In this document: positions 28,370-37,777 of the stretch, in pieces
How positions within the stretch are numbered: the stretch's first letter is position 1
Layout: the number at the start of each line of letters is the position of its first letter
Assembly (NCBI GenBank): GCA_042577965.1
Contig: JBHPDK010000002.1
Span: 6,635 to 70,634, forward strand
DNA length: 64,000 bases
Direction: 5' to 3'
Source of the DNA: Patescibacteria group bacterium
GTDB taxonomy: Bacteria; Patescibacteriota; Gracilibacteria; UBA1369; PNNO01
The notes under the pieces: model-generated
What the model saw: only the letters and a program-made list of their open reading frames with translations
What the model was told of the DNA's origin: nothing
Database searches by the model: none
Made by a program: the position numbers and the translations under genes

Positions 28370-28401
28370 GAGTTCCAAAAATTTTAGTCTGTGTTCATCA
28401 A
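28370..28401. repeat. Partial, decayed copy 3 of the direct repeat
   Basis: GAGTTCCAAAAATTTTAGTCTGTGTTCATCAA; 28/32 identical to the end of copy 1. Confidence 0.85.
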
Positions 28402-28466
28402 GAAGCACTTGACAATAGCCAGGAAAGATTATAAAGTAATCCCCTTTTTGTTATAATTTAAATATA

Positions 28467-28892
28467 ATGTCAGAAAAACCTCCCCAACAACCTGAAAAAC
28501 CTAAAATCTTTAATGTTCACGAGTTTGTCCAAAAACTCAGCTTATTAGAAGTTCAACTTTTTGAAGTGATTCAAAAGCTTGAACAAGCTATGAGAGACAA
28601 AGATGAGAATAATATTGCTATATTTATGGCCAAAAAAACCCGGCTTACTAATGATATGTTTGCGCATCTTGCACATGCTTTAAAAATATCAAACGGCAAC
28701 GTACGCAGGTTGGCTCAATTCAATCCCAATAATACACGATATTATATGAAGCTATCTCTTCCCTGTGAACCAAGGTTTTTGTGGATGGGAGTTGAAGAAT
28801 GGCTTGCAGATAAAGAAGATGATGAAGTGCCAATTGCTAAAGGAAAGAGCATAGAAGAGGCTATTAATGCTTTATTAAATCCCCCTCAATAG
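28467..28892 (+). CDS. Hypothetical protein
   Basis: 141-aa ORF; promoter TTGACA-17-TAAAGT at 28409-28437. Confidence 0.7.
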   Translation: MSEKPPQQPEKPKIFNVHEFVQKLSLLEVQLFEVIQKLEQAMRDKDENNIAIFMAKKTRLTNDMFAHLAHALKISNGNVRRLAQFNPNNTRYYMKLSLPCEPRFLWMGVEEWLADKEDDEVPIAKGKSIEEAINALLNPPQ

Positions 28893-28895
28893 ATT

Positions 28896-29300
28896 TCAAT
28901 TCAGGTATTTGTATTCTTCACTTAGAATACTTAATTTAATGTCCAACCGCTCTCCGCCTATTCCTGGTTCTTTGGAGTGTAATTGTAAAAGTTCAAGCCA
29001 ATTTCTTTCCAATTGCCCTTCTCTTGCTACGACTTCTAATAATTCTGAATTACCTGAGGATATTAAGCTATTTATAGCAGTCTGCGTCTCAAGTTTTATA
29101 GCAATCCTTCTAAAACTGGAACTTTTTAAAAGCTGTGTATATTTTTTTAAAAGCTCTATTCTTTCCTCATAAGGAGTAGATTTTGAGCTGGCTGTATTTA
29201 AATCCTCTTCCACCTTATCAAGAGCAGCATCAAATATATTTAGCAGATATTTTTTTGCTTCAGGCAAGCTGTTTCCTTTTTGTGAGGATTCTAAGCGCAT
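28896..29300 (-). CDS. Hypothetical helical protein
   Basis: ORF from MRLESSQ. Confidence 0.6.
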   Translation of the reverse strand: MRLESSQKGNSLPEAKKYLLNIFDAALDKVEEDLNTASSKSTPYEERIELLKKYTQLLKSSSFRRIAIKLETQTAINSLISSGNSELLEVVAREGQLERNWLELLQLHSKEPGIGGERLDIKLSILSEEYKYLN

Positions 29301-29438
29301 AAGAAATATAATTAAATAAAGGTTCAATTAAAACACAAAGTATTATATTAGTCAAGCTTTTAACGAAATGCCCACCCAGGCGTTGTGCGAGTCGCCTTTT
29401 TGTGCTATAATATCATTGAAAAACAATAAAAATAAAAA

Positions 29439-30194
29439 ATGAAAAAACCCTCTATAAAGCTAACAATTAGTGTATTTACTCTTACTGTAGTTGCTACTGC
29501 ATCTTTTGTCCTTGGCATGTCAACTAATCCCGGCCCTGCAGAAGCAAGATTAATTTCTGAATATGAAGATACAATTGAAACAATTTTTGATGTAGTTGAA
29601 TTTAAACCTAATTTTGAAACAGAATCTTTTTTTGAGGTTTTTCGATTTAAAGATAAGATAAAAGGAGACAGTTTTTTTAATATTCTTTCTTTTGCAAGCG
29701 GAGGTTCATTTGACAGTTATTTTGACAGAGCTTGCTCTCAGCAAATCATACCTGACAGTTTTTATGATGTTTTTATTAAACACGAAAGATCAAATACAGA
29801 ATCTTTTGTAGCCACTTATTGTGATCCGGAAGAAGGTTCAACATTTACCGCTAATATGTTTTTTAGAGAATTTAGATTTAGAAATTATTTAAAAGGTGAA
29901 GAAATTTTCAATGTATTCAAATTCAATTTTGACTTTGATGCTGCAGATTTTTTTGATGTTTTTACCCTGAAAAGAAGTTATCAAACGGAGGATTTTTTTA
30001 AAATTTTCCAAATGAATAGAAATTTTAAGCCGGAACAGATATTCGATGCTTTTAAACTCAATCAGGAATATAGCAATGAAAGCTTTTTTGATGTGTTTTC
30101 ACTAAATAATGATTATTCAATTGAAAGCTTTTTTGATCTTTTTATGACAAAACGGGACCTCGACAGATTATTAGAAGTGCCGAGAAGACGTTAA
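29439..30194 (+). CDS. Secreted Phe-rich 15-aa tandem-repeat protein
   Basis: Signal peptide; about 13 repeats of xFFxxFxxxxxxxxE. Confidence 0.8.
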   Translation: MKKPSIKLTISVFTLTVVATASFVLGMSTNPGPAEARLISEYEDTIETIFDVVEFKPNFETESFFEVFRFKDKIKGDSFFNILSFASGGSFDSYFDRACSQQIIPDSFYDVFIKHERSNTESFVATYCDPEEGSTFTANMFFREFRFRNYLKGEEIFNVFKFNFDFDAADFFDVFTLKRSYQTEDFFKIFQMNRNFKPEQIFDAFKLNQEYSNESFFDVFSLNNDYSIESFFDLFMTKRDLDRLLEVPRRR

Positions 30195-30225
30195 GAAAGA
30201 GCGCGATTTTTTGATTAATCAAATT

Positions 30226-30609
30226 TTACAGAAACCAGCCAAAATAGCTGAGAATTCCTCCAAAAATTACAGATCCAACACCAATTACAATCAGGAATCC
30301 TGAATTATTAAACCATGGCTTAAAAAAGTTTATGAATTTTGGAAATACAAGCATCAAAGCTCCTTTTACAAATCCAATCCAACCAATAAGCGTGATAATA
30401 ACCACCCAACTAGATTCCCAAATATTGTGATTCATAATAATTAAAAGACCTACAATTGTTGCAAAAATTCCCCACGTAAAAGCAAAAACAGTATCTTTCA
30501 TCATTTCACTAAACAATTTTTTGTAAAAATTTGTGTTAAATAAAATCCCAAGCCCCATTGCGATATAAACCGCTCCAAAAAGCTTGGCAATGAACATAGA
30601 AAGTTCCAT
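30226..30609 (-). CDS. Small 4-TM membrane protein, paralog 1
   Basis: HNIWESSWVVIITLIGW..KG..FP. Confidence 0.85.
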   Translation of the reverse strand: MELSMFIAKLFGAVYIAMGLGILFNTNFYKKLFSEMMKDTVFAFTWGIFATIVGLLIIMNHNIWESSWVVIITLIGWIGFVKGALMLVFPKFINFFKPWFNNSGFLIVIGVGSVIFGGILSYFGWFL

Positions 30610-30718
30610 AAAAAAATGGTTAAGAATATTACAAACATTATATACTTAATTTGCTTAATTCACAAAAGCAGGCAACAAAAAAACCGCCCCAATAATAATC
30701 GAGACGGTTTTTAAAAAT

Positions 30719-31105
30719 TTACACAAAGTACCCAAAGTAGCATAAAACTACTCCAAGCACCAAATAAAGCAGCCCTCCAAATACCAGAAGCCCTTTACCT
30801 TTCATAAGACCTGCTGTCCATTTTCCAAGTTCAGTTGGTAACAAAAGCAAAAGAACACCTTTAACAACCATGCCCCATCCTAAAATCGTAATAATTACTT
30901 CCCAGCTTTGTACCCACACATTGTGAGCCAAAACAAAAACAACACCAAGAACCAGAGTTATCATTCCAGCCAAAAGCATTAATCCTTCATCTTTAACTAA
31001 AGCTTTATAAGCTTTTTGGTAATAGCTTAGGCGAATCAATAACGCCAGGCCGATTACCACCATTACAACTCCCAAAAGCTGTGCCAGGTAGAGCGAAAGT
31101 TCCAT
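30719..31105 (-). CDS. Small 4-TM membrane protein, paralog 2
   Basis: HNVWVQSWEVIITILGW..KG..LP; tandem duplicate of the neighbour. Confidence 0.85.
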   Translation of the reverse strand: MELSLYLAQLLGVVMVVIGLALLIRLSYYQKAYKALVKDEGLMLLAGMITLVLGVVFVLAHNVWVQSWEVIITILGWGMVVKGVLLLLLPTELGKWTAGLMKGKGLLVFGGLLYLVLGVVLCYFGYFV

Positions 31106-31266
31106 AACTTTTTAGGTTAAATTATAAACTATCTTATACCATACCATAATTTACTTGATATTACTATCGAGCTTCATATATACTGATTCTCCTTTGCTTT
31201 TCAGCTTAAAGAAGAGTAAAATATCAGGGCTGGCAAATGTCTGCGAAAGCTAATTAAATTAAAGAA

Positions 31267-32802
31267 ATGTCATTTATAGATATATTAATTATTGCGGGAG
31301 CACTGGTTCTTGGCGCCATAATCAGCCAGGCGGTTTTTCGTAGATTAAAATTTGTAGATTTTGATAAAGCGCAGAAAAAAAGCGAAGAAATGCTTGAACA
31401 AAGCAAAGAGGAAGCAAAAACAATTAAAGAAGAAGCAGCCGAGAAAGCTGAAAATGTTAAAAAGAATACAGACGATACGATTAATCAAATGAAAACTCTC
31501 ATCCATACTATTGAGCAAAATGTGAAATTTAAAGAAGAAGCGCTTGATAGAAAAGAAAGGAAAAACGACCATTTAAGAGGAATGGCTGTGGATTTTGAAA
31601 AGCAAATTAATGAAAGCGAGCAAAAGTACGAGGAACTCGAGGAGTTGATTAAGCAAAAACTTGCAACTCAATCAGGTGAAAAAATCGAGAATTTAAAAGC
31701 AGCTTTAATCAAAAGATTTGAAAAAGAAACTAGCCAGGAAGCAGCTGAGGCAATTTCGAAAAAAGTTGATAATGCAAGGGAGAATGCGGAAAAAACTGCT
31801 AAAGAGATTCTTAAAAGTTCAATACAAAAATTTACAGATGAGACTTCAGTTGAAAAAAAAGAAGCGAAAATTATTGTCCCGCGCGATGAAGCAAAGGCTG
31901 CTATTGTTGGCCGAAATGCAGAAAACGTAAAACTTATTGAAGAACTTTTAGAGATCGACGTTGTATTTAATGATGAACCAAACACAATTGTTGTTTCAAC
32001 TTTCGATCTTTTAAGAAAAAACGTAGCTCGTATTGCTGTTGAAAACCTGGTTAAAAAGCGCAGAATTAAAGAGCAGGATATTAAACAGGCAATTAAAGAT
32101 GCGAAAAAAGTTATTGAAAAAGATCTGGCAAAAGTTGGAGAAAAAGCAGTTAAAAAAATGAATTTTAAAAGAAAATTTCCAGCGGAACTTATTAAAATTA
32201 TTGGACGACTTAAATACAGAACCAGCTATGGTCAAAATATCCTTCTTCATTCATTCGAGGTTGCATCAATGGCTGAATTACTAGCTGGTGAGCTGGGGCT
32301 TGATCCTGAAATGGTAAAAGTTGCAGCATTCTTCCATGATATTGGTAAAGCGATTGATCAGCATGTAGAAGGCTCATCTCACGATGTGCTTACCCGTGAA
32401 ATTATGACAAAATACGGTTGTTTTTCACAGGAAGAAATACATGCAGCATGGACTCATCATGAAGCAGAAACACCCGAGACCCCAGAGGCCAGACTTGTTA
32501 TGGCAGCAGATGCTATTTCAGCAGGTAGGCCTGGTGCACGCCAGGAATCTTTAGAGAAATATCTTGAAAGGTTAAGAGCTTTAGAAAAAATTGCTACATC
32601 ATACGAAGGTGTACAAAAAACATTTGCTATCTCGGCAGGTCGGGAATTAAGGGTAATATTGTCTCCTGACGATATTAAAGATGAAGAAATGGATAAAGTA
32701 GCTAAAAAAATCGCAAGAGAAATAGAAGAAAATTTAAGTTATCCAGGAAAAATTAAAGTAAATCTGATTAGACGAACCCGTTCTGTTGATTATGCAAAAT
32801 AA
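31267..32802 (+). CDS. rny: Ribonuclease Y
   Basis: N-terminal TM, coiled coil, KH-like domain, RTSYGQN, HDIGK, ADAISAGRPGAR. Confidence 0.95.
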   Translation: MSFIDILIIAGALVLGAIISQAVFRRLKFVDFDKAQKKSEEMLEQSKEEAKTIKEEAAEKAENVKKNTDDTINQMKTLIHTIEQNVKFKEEALDRKERKNDHLRGMAVDFEKQINESEQKYEELEELIKQKLATQSGEKIENLKAALIKRFEKETSQEAAEAISKKVDNARENAEKTAKEILKSSIQKFTDETSVEKKEAKIIVPRDEAKAAIVGRNAENVKLIEELLEIDVVFNDEPNTIVVSTFDLLRKNVARIAVENLVKKRRIKEQDIKQAIKDAKKVIEKDLAKVGEKAVKKMNFKRKFPAELIKIIGRLKYRTSYGQNILLHSFEVASMAELLAGELGLDPEMVKVAAFFHDIGKAIDQHVEGSSHDVLTREIMTKYGCFSQEEIHAAWTHHEAETPETPEARLVMAADAISAGRPGARQESLEKYLERLRALEKIATSYEGVQKTFAISAGRELRVILSPDDIKDEEMDKVAKKIAREIEENLSYPGKIKVNLIRRTRSVDYAK

Positions 32803-32814
32803 CCACTTGTAAAT

Positions 32815-33090
32815 ATGTTCTTCCGAAAAAAGAAAAAGAAGGAAAAAAAGAAGAAAAAAGGAATGGTTGATAAGGTTGTTATGGGCGCAATTATCGGAGG
32901 AGCAATTGGTTCGGTTGTTGGCATGAGTGTGGCTCCTAACAAAGGAGAAGAAACACGCAAGTATTTAAAGGAAAAAGGAAAGGAATTTATAGATGAGCAT
33001 GAAGAGGAAATCGAGACTCTTAAAAAAGAGGCAAAAGCCAAAGGAGGAAGGCTTTGGAAATCTGCTAAAAAGATTATCAAAAAACGCTAA
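32815..33090 (+). CDS. YtxH-like protein
   Basis: GAIIGGAIG..APNKGEETRK. Confidence 0.8.
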   Translation: MFFRKKKKKEKKKKKGMVDKVVMGAIIGGAIGSVVGMSVAPNKGEETRKYLKEKGKEFIDEHEEEIETLKKEAKAKGGRLWKSAKKIIKKR

Positions 33091-33102
33091 GGCAAAAAAG
33101 GC

Positions 33103-35244
33103 ATGGCTAAGAAAAAAAAGAAGAAGCAGCTCAAGCAGAAAAAGAAAACTTCTGCTTTGAAAAAGGCCAAAAAAGGACAAAAGAAAAAAGGCCGGGCTTC
33201 TACTAAATCCACAAAATCTAAAAAGAAACAGGCTTCAAAAAAGTCTGCTAAAACTTCGCAGCCCAAAAAAACTACCAAGCCATCCAAAAAAACTGCTAAA
33301 CCCAAAAAAAGCACCAAAGCAAAAAAACCCACTGCTCCAAAAAAGGATTCCAAAACGCAGCACAGTAAAGTTTCAAAATTTTTGTATAAAGCAAGAAATC
33401 CGCTTATGGCAGCAGTTTCAGCAATGGCAATTTTAGTACTTTTTCAGTTAGCATCTTTGGTTTTAACTTTTGAATTTTTAAATAGGGCAGCTCCGGGTAC
33501 AATGATTGCAGGGGTCGACATTAGTTCACTTAAAGTGGATGAAGTGCAGGAAAAGTTATTTGAAAAAGGTCAACCATTTTTAGAAACACCGATCAAAGTA
33601 ATTTTAAGTGAAGGTGAAGCAGAATTTATGCCAGCTGATCTGGGTATAGCAATTGATCCAAGGGCAACTATAAATAAAATAAATTTTGTGCAATTTGATA
33701 ACTCGAATCTTGCTACACTGCTTTCTTCAGCCTGGAATGGCGAGGAGATTGCTTTACATAATACAGTTAATATTGAACATACACTCAGCACAATCGAAAA
33801 CGGTTTTAATTTCCACGATCAAAAATCCAAAAATGCATACCTTGCTTTTGAAGGGGGAGCTCTTGTAGTAATTCCCGAAGAAAAAGGCCTCGCAATCAAC
33901 ACCAGAAAGCTTTTTAATGATATAAAGGAAAATGCGTCAAATTTAACATCTAATACAATTGATGTTGAAACTTACGAACATTCACCGCTTGTTACTTCTG
34001 CAAACCTGGATACTCAACTTAATGAAATAACAGCAAAATTAAAGCAGCAAATCACTCTAAATTATGAGAATTTTAATTTTAATCTTAAACTGATTGATCA
34101 CATTGACTGGGTAGGATTTGAATATAAAGATGTTTTAAAATTTGGTGATGTTGCAAGTATTGATTTGCAAATGAATACAGACAGTACTTTTGCACTAAAA
34201 GATGCTATCCACATGGATAAAGAGCTTAGAATAGCGGTTTCAAAACCACTTTTTGAAACTTATCTTGATGAAAAATTAAGCCCGCTTATTGAATCCGAAT
34301 CCGAAGGTGTGAAAATTTACAGAGACGAAAATGAAAAAATTATTTTTGATGGAAAGGGCTCAGACGGACAATTGATTAACCGGAATTATTTATTGGCAGG
34401 TTTGAATCTTGCAGCTAATCAGGGCATTGATGAAGTGCCAATACCTATACATTTACAACCTGCTGATGTTGAAATCTCAGATGATTTGAAAGAACTTGGT
34501 ATTACTTCGCTAATTTCTACAGGCAAAAGTGCTTTTGCAGGTTCAACATATAGCAGAATTCACAATATCAACACTGGAATTAGTAAATTTCAGGGCCATT
34601 TAATTGCACCTGGCGAAACATTTTCATTTACAGGTGTTCTTGGGCCGGTTGATGGTAGCACAGGTTATAAACAAGAACTTGTAATAAAACCGGAAGGCAC
34701 AATTCCTGAATATGGTGGAGGATTATGCCAGGTTTCTTCAACAATGTTTAGAGCTGCTTTATTTGCAGGATTGCCTATTGTTGAAAGAGCACCACACTCA
34801 TACGCAGTGTCATATTATTCACAGGTTTATGGATGGGGTCTTGATGCAACAATTTACCCTGGTGTACATGATGTTAAATTTACAAATGACACACCAGCTC
34901 ATATTTTGATTCAGGGTTACACAGAAGGTATAAACGCATATTTTAAATTTTATGGTACTGGCGATGGCCGCTCAGTTGAATTAGAAGGGCCTTATTTAGG
35001 GGGATATCATTACCCGGGCCCAACAGTTTATGTGGAATCTGCTAATTTAGCACCTGGCCAGCAGAAATGGATGGAAAGCAGCCACACAGGCTTTAATGCA
35101 ACCTGGTACAGACATTTAACAGACAAAGCCGGCGATACTCTAAAAGAACCAATTTATTCCCAATACAGAGCAATACCTGCCCGCGTATTAGTTGGCCCAG
35201 GTGGCGGCGATGAAAGCGAAGGTTCAGAAGCAGCAAGCGGTTAA
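33103..35244 (+). CDS. VanW-family protein with Lys-rich N-terminal tail
   Basis: PGETFSF, GGGLCQVSSTMF, ERAPHS, GLDAT. Confidence 0.9.
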   Translation: MAKKKKKKQLKQKKKTSALKKAKKGQKKKGRASTKSTKSKKKQASKKSAKTSQPKKTTKPSKKTAKPKKSTKAKKPTAPKKDSKTQHSKVSKFLYKARNPLMAAVSAMAILVLFQLASLVLTFEFLNRAAPGTMIAGVDISSLKVDEVQEKLFEKGQPFLETPIKVILSEGEAEFMPADLGIAIDPRATINKINFVQFDNSNLATLLSSAWNGEEIALHNTVNIEHTLSTIENGFNFHDQKSKNAYLAFEGGALVVIPEEKGLAINTRKLFNDIKENASNLTSNTIDVETYEHSPLVTSANLDTQLNEITAKLKQQITLNYENFNFNLKLIDHIDWVGFEYKDVLKFGDVASIDLQMNTDSTFALKDAIHMDKELRIAVSKPLFETYLDEKLSPLIESESEGVKIYRDENEKIIFDGKGSDGQLINRNYLLAGLNLAANQGIDEVPIPIHLQPADVEISDDLKELGITSLISTGKSAFAGSTYSRIHNINTGISKFQGHLIAPGETFSFTGVLGPVDGSTGYKQELVIKPEGTIPEYGGGLCQVSSTMFRAALFAGLPIVERAPHSYAVSYYSQVYGWGLDATIYPGVHDVKFTNDTPAHILIQGYTEGINAYFKFYGTGDGRSVELEGPYLGGYHYPGPTVYVESANLAPGQQKWMESSHTGFNATWYRHLTDKAGDTLKEPIYSQYRAIPARVLVGPGGGDESEGSEAASG

Positions 35245-35987
35245 GCCCCTTCAACTTCAATTAACATTTCTTTTGCAAGTTGATTATGTGGATCAGCTTT
35301 TAAAGTTTGTCTAAGGTAATACTTTGCCTGCGACATTTTCCCCAGCTCTATTTCGAAATTTGCAAAAGTTAATAGAAAGTCTGTATTAGAAGGTTCAAGA
35401 TCAACAGCCATTTTATACATTTCTTCAGCTTTTAATGGTTGAGATAAAGCACGGTAAACTTCTGCAGTGCTTAAGTATCTTGCTGGCCTTGAAGAGTCTA
35501 AATTTATTGATTTCAAATATGAGTCCAAAGCTTCATCAAATTTTTTCTGCTCATAAAGTGCGCACCCTAAATTGCTATAAAACACAGGATCATCATCAGT
35601 TGTCTTAATTAATTTACGATATATATTTTCAGCTTTATCAAATGCTTCTCTTTTTAAGTAAATCAATCCAAGCTTCAAATTAGCTTCTCTGTGCTCTGCG
35701 TCAAGTTCAATAATCTCTTCTAAATGCTTTTTAGCAGAGTCAAGATCACCATTGTCAAAAAGAGCCATAGCCTTTGTATAAAGAATTTTAATCTCAGTTC
35801 CTTTGTCTTCAGGCGCTACTTCTTTTTTAGAAGGATTTTTTGAATGAAAAGCTTTAAGTAGGCCTTTAGAAGATTTGCTTTTTTCTACAAGCAAACGTTC
35901 AAGATATATACCTTTTGTAGAGATCAAATATCTTCTAACAAAAATTATTAATAATGCCGCAACTGATAAAATCAGGATTGTTGTCAT
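35241..35987 (-). CDS. Membrane-anchored TPR protein
   Basis: N-terminal TM and multiple TPR motifs. Confidence 0.85.
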   Translation of the reverse strand: MTTILILSVAALLIIFVRRYLISTKGIYLERLLVEKSKSSKGLLKAFHSKNPSKKEVAPEDKGTEIKILYTKAMALFDNGDLDSAKKHLEEIIELDAEHREANLKLGLIYLKREAFDKAENIYRKLIKTTDDDPVFYSNLGCALYEQKKFDEALDSYLKSINLDSSRPARYLSTAEVYRALSQPLKAEEMYKMAVDLEPSNTDFLLTFANFEIELGKMSQAKYYLRQTLKADPHNQLAKEMLIEVEGA

Positions 35988-35989
35988 AC

Positions 35990-36844
35990 TTATTTTCCTT
36001 CGTTAAGTGGTGCTTCGACCTCTTCTCTTCCTTCGGTCACCACCTTTTTGATCTCGGTTGCGCCTACTATTTCAGTACTTTGGTCAGGGAAGAGGATTTT
36101 AGCCTGTTGATTTAGAATGTCAAGCCCAATTACCTTGCCTTCGCCCTTTTTTACCTTAACAATGCTCCCGGATTTTGGAAGACCCTTTTTTAATCTCTTA
36201 TATTCTTCAACTTCGTATCTTAGGCAGCACATTAGTTTTCCGCAGCAGCCAGACAATTTTGAACTCCCTTTACTTTCCAGACTTTGCGATCTAACCATGT
36301 CCATAGTGATACTTTCTAAATCTTTGAGCCAATTAGCGCAGCAAAGACCTTTTCCGCATTTCCCGCGCCCAGTAACAATTCTGGCTTTATCCCTTGGCCC
36401 TATTTGCTGTAAATGAATTTGTTTTTGAAATGTTTTAGCGAGATCTTTAACCAGTTCTCTAAAATCAACACGGTCATCAGCAGTAAAAATAAAATTAATT
36501 CTGTTTCCGTCTAAAGAATACTCAACAAACTCAAGCTGCATTTCTAATTTATGTTCATCAATTTTGTCTTTGCATTTGATTATTGCCTCCTGAGCCTTTT
36601 CTCTCAGCATTTCCATTTTTTGAACATCATTTGGAGTTGCTTTTCTTAAGACTGAATAATTTTTTAAAATCCTTTCATGGTTATCAGGAACTTCACGATT
36701 TGAAAAATGGACACGTCCAATATTTTCCCGGTTTTCATCATCATGAAAAACAACAAAATCCCCTGCTTCAAGTTCAGCATTTTCTCCTCCTGGAATAAGG
36801 ATTTCTTTACGGGTGAATTGATCGAATGCAGCTACAACTTTCAT
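35990..36844 (-). CDS. ricT: PSP1/YaaT (RicT) family protein
   Basis: RVDFRELVKDL, QIGPRD, CGKGLCC, KLSGCCGKLMCCLRYE. Confidence 0.92.
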   Translation of the reverse strand: MKVVAAFDQFTRKEILIPGGENAELEAGDFVVFHDDENRENIGRVHFSNREVPDNHERILKNYSVLRKATPNDVQKMEMLREKAQEAIIKCKDKIDEHKLEMQLEFVEYSLDGNRINFIFTADDRVDFRELVKDLAKTFQKQIHLQQIGPRDKARIVTGRGKCGKGLCCANWLKDLESITMDMVRSQSLESKGSSKLSGCCGKLMCCLRYEVEEYKRLKKGLPKSGSIVKVKKGEGKVIGLDILNQQAKILFPDQSTEIVGATEIKKVVTEGREEVEAPLNEGK

Positions 36845-37768
36845 TTAAAATGCTTTAAGTGCTAAATTTTCCAGTGCAAGCCTGGCATTAATATTACGCT
36901 TTAATAAATTGCGCGTTTCCTGAATTTCTGCGAGCAGAGTGAGTAAATGTTTCTTTTTTTCTTCAGTAATCGTGTCTACTGCCAGCCCCTGATGAAGCCT
37001 GCTTCGTACCAAATGCGTAAACACATCAAGAAATTCATAAGGGTCTTTATCAGAGCTCAGCATCTCTTCAACTACCTGAAATTTTTTATAAACAGGCTTG
37101 TCTTCCAGAAACTCACAGAGCACATTATACATGTTTAAATAGCTCGAGAGAAGCTCAGAATTTTCAAGAAATTTAATTGCTTTTCCGCTTTTTCCAAGCG
37201 AAAGTGAAGCAACCTGTTTTATGATATCCGGATCTTTATCCGGATAAAGATCAGTAAGTTTTTCTTCAAGAAATTTTTGAGAATAAGCAGTAAATTTGAT
37301 TAATCGAACCCGTGAAATAATTGTTGGCAAAATTTCTCTTATATTTGCAGTCGTCATTATAATCAAAGTATTTGGAGGCGGCTCCTCTAAAGTTTTAAGC
37401 AGACAATTTGCAGCTTCAGGCGTAAGACGCTCAGCCCCTTTAATTAAAAGGATTTTGTACTCTGCCTGCTTTGTCATTTGAAGTCTCTGAATGATGTCAC
37501 GAATTTGTTCAATTTTAATAGATTCACCTTTTTCTTTAAGAACAATTGTATCAGTATGATTTCCGCTCTGAATTTGCTTACATGTCGGACACTCATTACA
37601 AAGATTATTTGTGCACTGTAAAATATTCACAAAACGACGTGCAATTGAAAATTTTCCTATATGAGAAGGCCCAGTGAAAAGATACGCGTGCGTAAGATTC
37701 CCGGATTTAATATCCTGCTCAATAAGCTCAAGCTGCTTTTTATGACCTATAATTTTCCAGTTATACAA
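36845..37768 (-). CDS. holB: DNA polymerase III delta-prime subunit
   Basis: HAYLFTGP, CxxCxxC, AANCLLKTLEEPP, TIISR. Confidence 0.93.
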   Translation of the reverse strand: MYNWKIIGHKKQLELIEQDIKSGNLTHAYLFTGPSHIGKFSIARRFVNILQCTNNLCNECPTCKQIQSGNHTDTIVLKEKGESIKIEQIRDIIQRLQMTKQAEYKILLIKGAERLTPEAANCLLKTLEEPPPNTLIIMTTANIREILPTIISRVRLIKFTAYSQKFLEEKLTDLYPDKDPDIIKQVASLSLGKSGKAIKFLENSELLSSYLNMYNVLCEFLEDKPVYKKFQVVEEMLSSDKDPYEFLDVFTHLVRSRLHQGLAVDTITEEKKKHLLTLLAEIQETRNLLKRNINARLALENLALKAF

Positions 37769-37777
37769 TTTGGTGCG

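Noticed and set aside
26961-28401. CRISPR array
   Set aside because: Only 2-3 copies of an 80-bp unit, separated by 0.5-0.8 kb containing genes; no cas genes.
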